A stretch of DNA of 60,413 nucleotides, filler included, from Stramenopiles sp. TOSAG23-6 (GCA_900128565.1; 13 parts of 13 records of this genome joined end to end with filler, not necessarily neighbours in it), one strand, 5' to 3'; positions 11,524 through 23,367 are shown, counted from the whole stretch's first letter. The notes: generated by a model from the sequence alone, not told the origin. Program-made: numbers and translations.

Positions 11524-12628
11524 TCAATTTTTGTTTTTCTCTGCAGCAATCATTTCTCTAGCTACAATAAAACAACCAACAAGTCCACCCAACTGAATAT
11601 CTTCAGATGTTGCATGTGCCAAATGATTTTCAAGATCTGCTAGTTTTGAAGCAATATACATTTTCACTGGAGGAGGAAATACTAAATCATTAGATCGTTC
11701 AAAGACGCATTTGATGACATCTTGCATTGCAAGACCTTTCTCCCGGCGAATACACGAAATATTGCGATATGCTTTTGAAAAAGGCTCATTTAATAACTGA
11801 GTCATGATTGCATCTACATCTGCTGGGTGTGGTGTACCGGTACAGATGTATTGTGAAAAGTATTTTACATTCAATTTTTTTGTTAGGTACAAACTTTTGT
11901 ACGAAAAAAATATTTTACACTCAATTTTGGAAAACGTACATATACACATTTTCTTGATTTACTTCAGGATAAGCCATGTGACAGGACTGTAAAATATTGA
12001 GCATTTTTCGCATATCACCCTCACAAAGATTTAAAATAGACTCCATTCCATCATCAGTTATATTAACATTTTCAGCGTTAGCAATTTCTTTCAAACGTCC
12101 ACTCATTTGAAATTTCTCAAGAGGAGCAAATCGAAATCTTGTACAACGCGATTGAATAGCTGGAATAATCTTATTTGCATAGTTACAAATTAAACAGAAG
12201 CGTGTATTTTTTACGTACTTTTCAATCACACGTCGAAGAGCAAACTGTGCTGTACGGGTCAGAGCATCTGCCTCATCCAAAATTACCAACTTTACACCTG
12301 AACTAAAAAGTTTACGAGTACCAGCGAAATTCTTAATTTGATTTCGCACTACATTTATACCACGATCATCCGATGCGTTAAGCTCTAAAACCATTGAAGA
12401 AAGATTATTACCATATAGGCGCCGTGCACACGCAAGAATTGTGGACGTTTTACCGGTACCTGGAGGACCGTAAAAGAGCAAATGAGGTAAGGAGTTTGCA
12501 TCTACCAGGCGATTAATTGTCGAAATAATTTCAGTGTGGGCAATCAAATCATCAAGCGTATTAGGGCGATATTTTTCTATCCATGGAAGAGACTCAGTGG
12601 CTGTCATCTTCTTCATTGAAGGGGCCAT
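11524..12628 (-). CDS. RFC5: Replication factor C small subunit (human RFC5/yeast Rfc3 type), 2 exons
   Basis: LPWIEKYRP, YGPPGTGKTS, LELNASDDRG, DEAD, IQSRC. Confidence 0.93.
11846..11939 (-). other. Non-canonical intron GT...AT
   Basis: TAT AT|GTACGT...CACAATACAT|C TGT restores NVYICTGTPHP. Confidence 0.9.
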
Positions 12629-12843
12629 TTCTTTCTATTTTAGCTCTCTTGTGGAGAGAGGTTTTGGGGGTCGAAGTCGTCGAAATCAATCATCTCAAGA
12701 ATATTCGTGACATCAATTTGATTTTTTGACTCAAATCGAAATCCTAGTCAGCGGTCAGTAGATTTAGTCATATTGGGTGTTGTTTGTGACTTAGTGCAAC
12801 TACTACAGGATCAATCTAAGCAAGCCCTTAGAAATAAGTCACT

Positions 12844-13811
12844 ATGCATTCTTGGGAAACTGCAGAATTTCGTTCACTAAAAGCACATGTGACAGCTACC
12901 CAAAAGCTTCATTTGCGCGATCTTTTAAAAGATGATGCTCGTTGTAGCTCTATGCGTACAGAGTTTGATGGCATTACGCTTGACTATGCGAGACAACTCG
13001 TAACTTCAGAAACAATGAATAAACTGGTTAACCTTGCAAATGCTGTGAGTCTTCCTAGCAAGATAAAGTCGATGTTTGAAGGGGCCCATCTTAATACTAC
13101 TGAAGATAGGGCTGTATTACACACTGCACTTCGTGCTCCAGTTAATTCTACATGTATGCTCGATGGAGAAGACATAATTCCAAAAGTTCACGCTGTGCTT
13201 CAACAAATATGTACATTTTCCGAAAAGGTTCGTAATAGTGAATGGTTAGGTGCAACTGGAAAGGCTTTAACTGATGTGCTTTGTATTGGCATTGGTGGAA
13301 GTTATCTTGGTCCTGAGTTTGTTCATGTATGTTTTATTTTTTTTCAATTTCGAATTTATTTATTTTTCGTACGAAATTTTGTACCTAACAAATTTTACAT
13401 TTTTTTTTTCCACAATACATGAAGCATTGCGGACTGATTCTGTGGCTGCTCAAAAAGCAAAAGGTCGACGGCTTCGTTTCCTTGCAAATGTTGACCCCGT
13501 TGATGTTGAGCGCTCTCTTGAAGGCCTTGATCGTGAAAAAACTTTGGTTATAATCGTTTCTAAAACTTTCACGACTGCAGAAACGATGTATGTTTTATTT
13601 TTTTTCAAATTCGTTTTTTTTTTTATAAAAATTTTGTACCTAACAAATTGAAGTTTTTTTTTTTTCAAATATTTTTCCAAAATACATGCTTAACGCAAGA
13701 ACAGTTCGGCATTGGTTGTTAGATGGAGCGAATGAAAAACTATCAACAGACAATGTGATTAAACAACAGTTTATTGCTGTTAGTGCTGCGGTAGACTCTG
13801 CAAAAGAATTT
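12844..13811 (+). CDS. GPI: Glucose-6-phosphate isomerase, 5' part (contig ends in intron 3)
   Basis: [51 protein letters not shown]. Confidence 0.96.
13327..13420 (+). other. Non-canonical intron GT...AT
   Basis: CAT|GTATGT...TTTCGTACGAAATTTTGTACCTAAC...CACAATACAT|GAA; using the nearest downstream AG (+4) causes a frameshift. Confidence 0.92.
13588..13687 (+). other. Non-canonical intron GT...AT
   Basis: ACG AT|GTATGT...CAAAATACAT|G CTT restores TTAETMLNA. Confidence 0.92.
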
Positions 13812-14069
13812 GTATGTTTTATTTTTTTTTTAAACAAAAAAAATCGATTTTTTTTTCGTACGAAATTTTGTACCTAACGATTTTTTTTTTGAAATATTTT
13901 TCCAAANNNNNNNNNNNNNNNNNNNNNNNNNNNNNNNNNNNNNNNNNNNNTTAATTAATTAANNNNNNNNNNNNNNNNNNNNNNNNNNNNNNNNNNNNNN
14001 NNNNNNCGAAATTTTGTACCTAACATTTTTTTTTAGATTTTTTTTGAAATATTTTTTCACACTAAATGT

Positions 14070-14750
14070 ACTTCAACTTGGAATCGAAATTTTCTACTAC
14101 ATTTTTTATATAATGATATTTTAAAGCGATTATCAATACCTATTGAATTTGTTGCTCGGTTATACGTTACAATTGTAAAAATCGATCAAATCAAATCAAA
14201 AATTGGAGCAATTTCATTTCAAATGGGTTATAATCGTTCAAATTTTTTTACAGATGAGGATATATCTAATGGGAATGACAGTTTTGTACTTGGATTGGAC
14301 ATGGACCGTGAAGAATTGTCTGAAAAACAAAACTCAAATCTTTGGATTGATTCAGCAACAACACGAAATATTGGAAAAATTGAATTAAAATCTCTCCGAC
14401 CGAATGAATCTTTAGATATTTGTGTACCTATTTCAAATAATAATTTAAAAAACAATACGAATGAATTTTGTGAAAATCCTCAAAATCCTCAAAATCAAAT
14501 TTTGTTACGTTTACAATTAAAATTTGAAGCCATTACAATTGACATTGCAAAACATGAACAAAAAAAATTATCAAAATTATCTACAATTGATAGAAAAATC
14601 AATTCATCTGATAAATCAACTAATGTAGGAACAGTTGTTGGTAATGCTGGATCATTCGCTGCAAAAGCTTTTCGAAGCAAATTATATTTTGCAGGTGTAA
14701 GTGCAAAAGACGGAGCGAAAGCGATTCGAGATCAATTCGATATTTTCTAA
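14070..14750 (+). CDS. Hypothetical protein last exon, possibly C2-like; start approximate
   Basis: Long open frame following the 3' end of a family intron. Confidence 0.45.
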   Translation, partial: TSTWNRNFLLHFLYNDILKRLSIPIEFVARLYVTIVKIDQIKSKIGAISFQMGYNRSNFFTDEDISNGNDSFVLGLDMDREELSEKQNSNLWIDSATTRNIGKIELKSLRPNESLDICVPISNNNLKNNTNEFCENPQNPQNQILLRLQLKFEAITIDIAKHEQKKLSKLSTIDRKINSSDKSTNVGTVVGNAGSFAAKAFRSKLYFAGVSAKDGAKAIRDQFDIF

Positions 14751-15105
14751 AATTTTTTTTAAAAAATTAAATAAAATTGTAAAAAACTGGTATGAACAGG
14801 TTTGTTCCATTTTATAATATTTCGGTCAAAAGTGGTGCAAAAGTGGTCAAAAGTGTTTTTTTTTTGAGTTGTTGGCCTTCCTTCAAGAGGAGAGAGAGAA
14901 AAAGATCAATGATCATAAAATAAAGAAGAGCTGATTTACTGTGTTATAATCATGATTATACGTTTTATAGAATGTCTCATAGTCATACAGTAAGAGGTAT
15001 GATAGTGACTATATATCGAGGGTAAATTACACATCTTGGTATTGATTTTGTTGTTCTTTCTACAAAAGCGGTACGTCAAAAAGAACTAGTCACTACATTA
15101 GAGAA

Positions 15106-16872
15106 ATGTGGCGTGGTGATCGTTTTATTCCAAATCGAAAGACAAACATTGAAACTACTTCGTTCCTCTCAATGTTGAAAGAGAATCACGAACCATATGA
15201 CACGTTCATATTCAAGAAACAAGTTGCGTCTATTTTGTTTAACAGTTGTAATACAAGTCGCCGTGTTTTTTCTTTTACACCAAGCATAGCTAATTCACCA
15301 CGAAATACACAAAATACTTTAGAAAATATTAGGTCCTTGTACTGTAGAGGTAAACAGACGACAAAGACTCCAAAAGGTTCGCGTAATATTTCACTCGTAA
15401 AAGTTCTCGATGCGCCAGACTTATTAGACGATTATTACCTGAATCTTCTTGATTGGTCAGTCGATAATATTCTAGCAGTTGCTTTACAATCATTTCTTTT
15501 TTTGTGTATGTTTTATCTGAATTTCTAATTTAATTTTTTTTTTTGGTTTTCGTACGAAATTTCGTACCTAACGATTTTTTTTAGATTTTTTTTGAAATAT
15601 TTCTTCACAATTCGTGGAATTCTCACACAAACGAAACGGAAGAACTTTTAGAATTAGACGGTAATGACTATATTTCATCTGTGAAATTTTCAAGTGCAGA
15701 TGGAAATATTCTTGCTATAGGCACAAGTAATTATCAAATACAATTATGGGATATCAAAAAAAAAATAAGAATTCGAATTCTCACGGGGCATCTTGGACGC
15801 ATGTAAATTTTATTTTTTTTTTAAACAAAAAAATCGAGTTTTTTTTTTTTTCCAAAAAAATATTTTTTTCATATGAAATTTTGTACCTAAAAAAAAAAAA
15901 AAAAAATATTTTCAAAAAATACATATGTGGTTTAGCATGGNNNNNNNNNNNNNNNNNNNNNNNNNNNNNNNNNNNNNNNNNNNNNNNNNNNNNNNNNNNN
16001 NNNNNNNNNNNNNNNNNNNNNNNNNNNNNNNNNNNNNNNNNNNNNNNNNNNNNNNNNNNNNNNNNNNNNNNTTTTTTTTTTTTTTTTTTCCAAAAAAATA
16101 TTTTTTTCATACGAAATTTTGTACCTAAAAAAAAAAAAAAAAATATTTTCAAAAAATACATATGTGGTTTAGCATGGTCCTATGATGGAATCTCACTAGC
16201 ATCTGGAGGAAATGATAATTTGTGTTGTATCTGGGATTCACGATATTCAATGAAATGTTCTACCAATCAAAATGAACATAAAGTGCGTTGTATTCTTCGC
16301 GCGCACAAAGCTGCTGTCAAGGCCATCGCATGGTGTCCACACCAAAGTCATCTACTCGCATCAGGTATTTTTTTTTCATAGTAAATTTCGTACCTAACGA
16401 TTTTTTTATTTTTTTTCAATTTTTTATCTATATTTTTTTTTTCATAGTAAATTTCGTACCTAACGATTTTTTTGTGATTTCCTATTTTTCACAATACTTG
16501 TGGAGGCTGTAATGATAAAACAATCAAATTTTGGAATACAAGTATTTTGTCTAATGAAGCAACATGTATCAAAAGTGTTTTTACAGGTAGTCAAGTGTGT
16601 GCTCTTCTTTGGAATCAACACAGAAAAGAAATTTTATCTTCACATGTAAATTCTATTTTTTTTTAATTTTTTTTTTAAATTTTTTTTTTCATACGAAATT
16701 TCGTACCTAACGATTTTTTTTTTTTTTTACAATTTAAATTCGTATTTTTTTACAATCCATGGATATTCTGAAAATCAAATCTGTTTATGGCGGTATCCAA
16801 ATATGAAGAAAATTATAGAGTTAACTGGACATACAAAACGTGTTTTACATTTATGTACTTCTCCTGATGGAG
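15106..16872 (+). CDS. CDC20: Cdc20/Fizzy family APC/C activator (gapped; 3' end lost)
   Basis: C-box [66 protein letters not shown]. Confidence 0.9.
15506..15615 (+). other. Non-canonical intron GT...GT
   Basis: TTG T|GTATGT...CACAATTCGT|GG AAT restores LFLWNS. Confidence 0.85.
15803..15924 (+). other. Family intron GT...AT, possibly collapsed from two introns
   Basis: CGC AT|GTAAAT...AAATACAT|A TGT; its 3' half recurs after the N gap. Confidence 0.6.
16365..16499 (+). other. Non-canonical intron GT...TT with duplicated core
   Basis: TCA G|GTATTT...CACAATACTT|GT GGA GGC restores conserved LASGGG. Confidence 0.85.
16646..16760 (+). other. Non-canonical intron GT...AT
   Basis: CAT|GTAAAT...TACAATCCAT|GGA restores SSHGYS. 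Confidence 0.88.
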
Positions 16873-17362
16873 CATTGACGTGTTCGGGGGAGGCGATGAT
16901 TCAGGTAGATGGGACAAAAAAGACTTTTCGCCTTCGTTGTGGGACACTATCATCAAAGAGGTAAAGCAACGAAAGTACACTGGAATTTGCTTCGATTTGG
17001 AAAGAGGAACAGCCGAACCTCGTGATTTCGCTACACTTTTCAAGAAAGTGAAAGATGAAAACTTGACAGTAATGGTTACAGTTAGTTGGTTTGGTCAGGC
17101 AACTTGGGGTTTTACAAATCTTCCAGACCTGACCAAAAGCTTCATGAAAGACCCCAATGTTGACATTTTCTCTCCTCAACTTTATTCTGCGAATTGCGGT
17201 GAAATTTGGAATGGAGAGAATCTTCCATCTGAATCTGTTATTACAGCACTTAAAAACATGGGAAAAAGACTTATTCCTAGCGTCAACGCTGTCTCTCCCG
17301 CTGTCAAAGACTACTTTCCATCAAGTGGTGGAACAATACAATTTTGCAACACATATCGATAA
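16868..17362 (+). CDS. GH18/chitinase-like fragment lacking its N-terminus
   Basis: VFGGG, YTGICFDLE (resembles DxxDxDxE), FSPQLY. Confidence 0.55.
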   Translation, partial: WSIDVFGGGDDSGRWDKKDFSPSLWDTIIKEVKQRKYTGICFDLERGTAEPRDFATLFKKVKDENLTVMVTVSWFGQATWGFTNLPDLTKSFMKDPNVDIFSPQLYSANCGEIWNGENLPSESVITALKNMGKRLIPSVNAVSPAVKDYFPSSGGTIQFCNTYR

Positions 17363-17662
17363 TCGATTTGAACAAAAAGGATTAACAATTGAAAATGGAA
17401 TTATACCAAAACAATAATCACAAAAAATTCAAACTTTTATAACTATAACAAGAATACTACTATTTTAACAGAGAATTTTTCATTACACAAGAAACAAAGT
17501 ATCAAAATATCAATAAAAACAACTCTCGACACGAAATATTGACAAATAATATTGAAAATTAAAATAACCAATCCTGAATTATGTGAGAGTCGGTTTATTA
17601 TTTAATTCAGTAACATACCATGTAGTCTATCTAGCTTCTTTTCCGTCAACAGCCACAATTTA

Positions 17663-18538
17663 CTACGATGCCACCAATGTGAAATTCCAGCCCAACCTTT
17701 TCCTCCTGGTAAAAAAGCAAAAATTGCAAAGATATTTTTTGGAATATCTTTNNNNNNNNNNNNNNNNNNNNNNNNNNNNNNNNNCGCGGAGCTCTCTAAC
17801 TGCGAAATTCATATTTGAGCTAACACGATGGTGCACAAGAGATAAGAATATGTCTTCACCATTCCAAAGAGGTTTGGCCTCTTTTAAGCCGTGGGGTATG
17901 TCAAGTGCTTTGGCATATTCAAAAAAAAACTGAACCGCATCCGACTTCATTATCATAAATTTTGTAAGCACAACTTCACAGTTGCCATCAACATCAATAG
18001 TATCATAAAACGGCCACATATGCTGCCGTCTACCCCACTTACCGACTATTCTATTTGGATTCTTCGCAAAAATGTGCACTATTGTGTTTATAGCTGTCTT
18101 GGATGCAATTATGTCGTCATCCAGAAATAAAACCCATGGGTTGGAGGAATGTTTTACAGCTGTCTCAAAACGACTGGCAACACCAAGTCTCTCATTCGCT
18201 TCAAAATTTAGTACGTGAATTACTTTAGGATTTTGAAACTCTTTAGCAACTTCAACAGTGTCCTCGCGTCCGTGTGACACAATTACTTCTGCAATTTTAT
18301 CAGACATGACAAGTGCAGGGAGAACAAAGTCACGGAGATTTTCAGGCCGGGCCCAATTCATAACAACCACAGTAACAGGCTCAATGACACCATCATCGAT
18401 AACGGTATTTTCAAATATAGTCTTTCGCAATTGAGAAATATTGTGAAGGTGTTCATCACAAGTTTCTGTAAGTTCACAAGACAGACTGAATGCAGGTACG
18501 GATGAAAGAAGAACACAATATGTAAAGAAAGGAATCAC
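17663..18538 (-). CDS. Glycosyltransferase family 64-like protein (partial)
   Basis: VLFLDDD, NPNRIVG, VLTK, WNGEDI motifs. Confidence 0.75.
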   Translation of the reverse strand: MIPFFTYCVLLSSVPAFSLSCELTETCDEHLHNISQLRKTIFENTVIDDGVIEPVTVVVMNWARPENLRDFVLPALVMSDKIAEVIVSHGREDTVEVAKEFQNPKVIHVLNFEANERLGVASRFETAVKHSSNPWVLFLDDDIIASKTAINTIVHIFAKNPNRIVGKWGRRQHMWPFYDTIDVDGNCEVVLTKFMIMKSDAVQFFFEYAKALDIPHGLKEAKPLWNGEDIFLSLVHHRVSSNMNFAVRELRXXXXXXXXXXXXRYSKKYLCNFCFFTRRKRLGWNFTLVAS

Positions 18539-18776
18539 CCATCCTACAGTAATTATACTAATACATNNNNNNNNNNNNNNNNNNNNNNNNNNNNNNNNNN
18601 NNNNNNNNNNTTAATTAATTAANNNNNNNNNNNNNNNNNNNNNNNNNNNNNNNNNNNNNNNNNNNNATTCCGTACGAAAAAAAAATTTCAAAAAAAAAAA
18701 AAAAAAAAAAAAAAAAAACGAAAATTTTTTTTTTTTTTAAAAAAAAAGTTGGGGAAAAAAATCCCTAAAAAAAAAA

Positions 18777-18812
<36 letters not shown>

Positions 18813-18818
18813 ACGTAC

Positions 18819-20257
18819 ATTCATTTTTTTCGTATCAAAATCTATAGTTTTTCCATGTCCAAATTGTATAGTACCTCCTTTATATAAAAATGGATATTGA
18901 TCAATAGATCGAATACCAAATTTTTGTTTTTCTTGAGGAGTAGCTCCTTGAACTAAATAATAAAATATATGAAAACATCTATCACCTTGACATAAATGAG
19001 ATAATCTTGATTTTTCTAATAAATAATGTTGTACTGTAGCTCCCATGTTTTTTGTGAAAAAAAAAATTTTGAAAATTTGTTAGGTACAAAATTTCATACG
19101 AAAAAACCAAAAAAAAAAAAATTGTAAAAAAAAATTGAAATTGAAAAAAAAAAAAAATTTGAAAATTTGTTAGGTACAAAATTTTTATAAAAAACCAAAA
19201 AAAAAAAAAATTGTAAAAAAAAATTGAAATTGAAAAAAAAAAAAAGGTACTTCAGTTGACCCGTTGATGAATTGAAATAAATTTTCATAAATTTTCCAAA
19301 ACGACTTGAATTATCATTTAGATGTGATTTAGCATTCCCAAATGCTTCAAGAATTGTACTAACATTTTGTATTAATGCTGATATATCGAAATTCTTTGTT
19401 TCAAAATTTTTTGTTTCAAAATTTTTTGTTTCAATTTTTTTTGTATTTTTCGTGTTTGAGAAAAATGTTAAATATTTAATAAATAAACCACAAGTAACTG
19501 TCTTACCTGCTCCTGATTCACCGGATACTATACAACTTTGATTTTGTATATTTTGTATATTATTTTCAAATTGATTGTTATATGCACGTGCGGCAATCAC
19601 ACTAACACTTGGTCGGTGTTTTTTTTGTTTTTTTTGAATGTTTTGAATTTGCATTAATGAAGAATTGGTATGAAATTTCGTACCAAATGAATTTGGAATG
19701 TTCATATATGGATTGATGGATAATAAAACATCACCAACAAATGTATAAATATACTTTTGTTGAATATATCTACGACGAAGAATTTTTAGTAGAATAGCTT
19801 CACTAAAGGAAACAATAGTACAAATATCATCGTTTTTTTGAGTTTCCTCATTTTCTTCTTCATTTTTGTCCCCAATTGAAATTTGTCTTTGTTTGTGTGC
19901 TTCATCCCAAGGATACACATAATTACAATCCAATTCTACGATACTCCCATCACGTATCTGAATAGAATGTTTTTCAGTACCCCATTCTTTTATTTCACCC
20001 ACGTCATACAACTTTGTAACCATTGTTTGTGTCACATTATGAAGGTGACTTCCGGGGCATTGTCCACGTTTATTATAGTCACTTCTAAACTCATCCAGTG
20101 TTTGATTTAAAGATTGTAAATGTGAACGACGAAATGTAGCATCTGTTTCCATTTTGTGGAGAAATTGTGTACGTAATACATCATTTTGAACAACATCAAT
20201 ACAACGTTCAACGTTTCCCTTGAAGTTATCACCTACACGATAGTAACATTTAGCCAT
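18819..20257 (-). CDS. Myosin heavy chain, 5' part
   Basis: IYTFVGDVLLSINPY, VSGESGAGKT, LEAFGNAK, NDNSSRFGKF, YLLEKSR, FHIFY. Confidence 0.93.
19045..19250 (-). other. Non-canonical intron GT...AT made of a tandem-duplicated unit
   Basis: CTG AA|GTACCT...CACAAAAAACAT|G GGA restores GQLKGATVQHYLLEKSR; two GTACCTAAC cores. Confidence 0.8.
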
Positions 20258-20643
20258 TCTTTTATACTACAAATAAAGTGTTATACTCACTTTAATTGTT
20301 ATTTATATACATACAATTGACAATTATACTATACTTGGATGGACAATACTTGAAAGAACATCTTGTACAAATATATAAAGCATTACTATACACAATTGAA
20401 AGAAAATGTAATGGTGTATCTAAATACTTGACTGTACGTAAAAAAAACATATCTTCTTCTTGTTCGTGTTCAAGTTAGTTACCCGGGACCAATTCGGAAT
20501 ATTCAAATCCTGCGAGATGGATCGAAGAATCTATTTTGCTTTTAACTAAACTGACTATATATTAGACCGGTATACCGTGTAGTATCCCTATAACTCTTTA
20601 CTACTACGTACGTAGCTGCCCTCCATTTCAAGTCATTTATATC

Positions 20644-22131
20644 ATGCAAAAACTATTATTTTTAGCACTTTGTGCAACTTCTATTTACAAGGTATGTTCT
20701 GCAGCACACCCGGGGACTGAATCGATGGGACACAAAAGAACTTTTGACGAGATGGTCGCGACGGGCGACTCTGCTCCCAATGCCTCTGTTCCCCTTTTTT
20801 TTGAGAATGTAGTTTTTGACACTGTAGCAAGAATGTTACCAGGTGAAACAGAAGATGACAATATACTGTTCGGACAAAGAAGAGTACGCTATATAGCAGA
20901 AGAAGATGCCAAAGTCAAAGACTTGTTTGATAAAGGTTTACACGATAAAGAAATTGCAGCACAACTTGTGGGCAGGTCTGCTGAGAGTATACGGTCCAGA
21001 CGAAAAATTTTGGGACAAAGTAATGGAGAACTCTACACAGATGCTGAAGATGCCATAATCAAACACGAGTTTCATAAAGGCTCAAAAGATAAAGCAATTG
21101 CAGCACTACTTGAGGGCAGATCTGCTCAGAGTATAAAGTTCAGACGAAGATATTTGGGGCTATATATACGTAGTGTTCATAACCCCTACACAGCAACAGC
21201 AAATTCCATAATCAAAGACTTGTTTGAGAAAGGCTTAACTGATGAAGAAATTGCAGCGCAGCTTGGCAGGACTACTTCTAGTATAAAGCAACAAAGACGG
21301 AAATTGAAACTAAATAAAAATGACAGATCAGGTTTAAACAGACACAGGTACACGTCGTCAGAACTTACCACAATCAAAGACCTTTGGAACAAAGGCTTTA
21401 AGGATAAAGCAATTGCAGAACAACTTGGTAGACCGATGAATGGTATAAGGCTTCATAGACAAAAGAATGGTTGGGTAAACAGAAGGACAGAAAAATATGC
21501 AGCACAGTCTAGAGGACCATATAATGGAAAAGGGGGACAAAACTGCGGCTACTCAGCAGCAGAAGATGTCACAATCAAAGCCATGTTTGAGAAAGGCTCA
21601 TCCGATGAAGCAATTGCAGCAGAACTTGAGGGCAGATCTGCTGATGCTATAAAGAAACGACGACAGAGATTGAGACTAAAACGTACCCATCCGGGTAACA
21701 GCTACACGTCGTCAGAAATTACCACAATCAAAGACCTTTGGAACAAAGGCTTTACGGATAAAGAAATTGCAGAACAACTTGAGTGTAGAACGGCGAATTG
21801 TATAATGGTCCATAGACAATATACTAGTTTGATAAAGCGCAACAAAGTGACAGAAGAAAATGCGACACAACTTGAAGAAGCAGCAGCAGGAGCATCAGCA
21901 TCAGCAGGTGCAACAGCAGCAGCAACAACAACGATAACACCAGCCGCAACACGAACATCACCAGCAGCAGCAGCAACAACACCAGCAGCAGCAGGTACAA
22001 ACACTCTTGGTATAATGTCCAGTTCAAGAACACAACCCGACAAAACAGCAGAAGCAAATGCCATACTCCCAGACATATTTCATAAAGGGTTTTTAGAACT
22101 AAGTAATGTAAAATGGGAATTTCCCATTTAA
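20644..22131 (+). CDS. Protein with signal-peptide-like leader and six tandem Myb/HTH-like repeats
   Basis: Repeat YTxxEdxxIKdLfxKGxxDxxIAxxLxGRsxxsIxxrR; intronless; Ala/Thr-rich linker. Confidence 0.75.
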   Translation: MQKLLFLALCATSIYKVCSAAHPGTESMGHKRTFDEMVATGDSAPNASVPLFFENVVFDTVARMLPGETEDDNILFGQRRVRYIAEEDAKVKDLFDKGLHDKEIAAQLVGRSAESIRSRRKILGQSNGELYTDAEDAIIKHEFHKGSKDKAIAALLEGRSAQSIKFRRRYLGLYIRSVHNPYTATANSIIKDLFEKGLTDEEIAAQLGRTTSSIKQQRRKLKLNKNDRSGLNRHRYTSSELTTIKDLWNKGFKDKAIAEQLGRPMNGIRLHRQKNGWVNRRTEKYAAQSRGPYNGKGGQNCGYSAAEDVTIKAMFEKGSSDEAIAAELEGRSADAIKKRRQRLRLKRTHPGNSYTSSEITTIKDLWNKGFTDKEIAEQLECRTANCIMVHRQYTSLIKRNKVTEENATQLEEAAAGASASAGATAAATTTITPAATRTSPAAAATTPAAAGTNTLGIMSSSRTQPDKTAEANAILPDIFHKGFLELSNVKWEFPI

Positions 22132-22573
22132 CAGAAAATGTCGATGCCATAATCAAATACATGTTTAATAAAGGCTCAAATGATAACAAAACGTCAGATA
22201 ATGAAGCTGTTACAATGGCAACAGATACTGGTATATATGAAAGCGCTTATGCTAGTGAAGGTGTTGATGATCATAAAGATAATAATGATACTGATGATAA
22301 TGCTAAACAATGGTTGTAAAACTGTGATAATGCATGGATCTGATCCTAACGATGTGGCATAGTTGTTATTAGATGAGGGTAACAAAAAGTAGAAAGAGAA
22401 GAAATTCTACGCCTTGACAAAGAGATGAATCATCACGCCGAGAATGTATACTTCACTTACTATACACAATCTCAAATCTAAATACGTAACTACAATTCTC
22501 AAAATAAAAAAAATAAAAGTTTAAAAAAAATTTCAAATATTTTTTTTTTTTAAATATATTTTTCAATATACAT

Positions 22574-23129
22574 TTATATATTTTTTTCATTATATGATCG
22601 CATTGTCATTTCAATTTCTAAATTATCTTCTTTTAACTCTCTTTTTGAGTCACATTGTACAGTTTCATACAATAAAGAACGCTTGACTGAATTCCCTAAC
22701 CCTAATGGACGTTTGACATTTCGTGATTCTGGAGAATATGGGAATGTCATCGACACATCATCATTTTCATGGGTACCTGGTAACAAATCACCAGGTGTTG
22801 ATGACGTCACTTTTGTATATTCTGTTGTACTTCGAGACACTGATCGAAATCGACCATTTGAATCATCATTTAGACTATTACGAGGACTTGTTGTATATAT
22901 TGTAAAGAAATATGTTTGTTTTTTATGTATAACAATTTGTTAGGTATAAAAAAAAAATTTCAAAAAAAAAATTTCAAAAAAAAAATTTCAAAAAAATAAT
23001 TCAATTTTGTAAACATACATGACAGCCTGTAGTCACTACATTTGTCATTGATGGTGATTTAATCATTATAAATAGACCAACAAACATTGTAAAACTACCA
23101 AGTGAAAACATCATAATCATTTTTGTTGT
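22574..23129 (-). CDS. Hypothetical membrane protein C-terminus; GT...AT intron at 22895-23018
   Basis: CAT|GTATGT...CAATATAT|ACA joins a hydrophobic exon in frame to ORF 22574-22840. Confidence 0.55.
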
Positions 23130-23367
23130 ATGTATTGTCAAAAAAAAATTCCAAAAATTTTACTTTTTTTTTTTTTTTTGGTAAAAAATTCTCTACAAAA
23201 AAAAAAAAAAAAAAAAAAAAAAAANNNNNNNNNNNNNNNNNNNNNNNNNNNNNNNNNNNNNNNNNNNNTTAATTAATTAANNNNNNNNNNNNNNNNNNNN
23301 NNNNNNNNNNNNNNNNNNNNNNNNTCATGAAATTTTAATTTTTTTTTTGGTACGAAAGTTTGTACCA

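Noticed and set aside
13325-13418. Reading the introns as U12-type AT-AC by shifting 2 nt
   Set aside because: Possible only where AT is duplicated. It fails at 8648-8757, 16365-16499 and 342-547, and the ATATCCTT donor is absent.
15840-16180. Duplicated Cdc20 intron end and exon start around an N gap
   Set aside because: Likely scaffolding artefact caused by similar adjacent introns.
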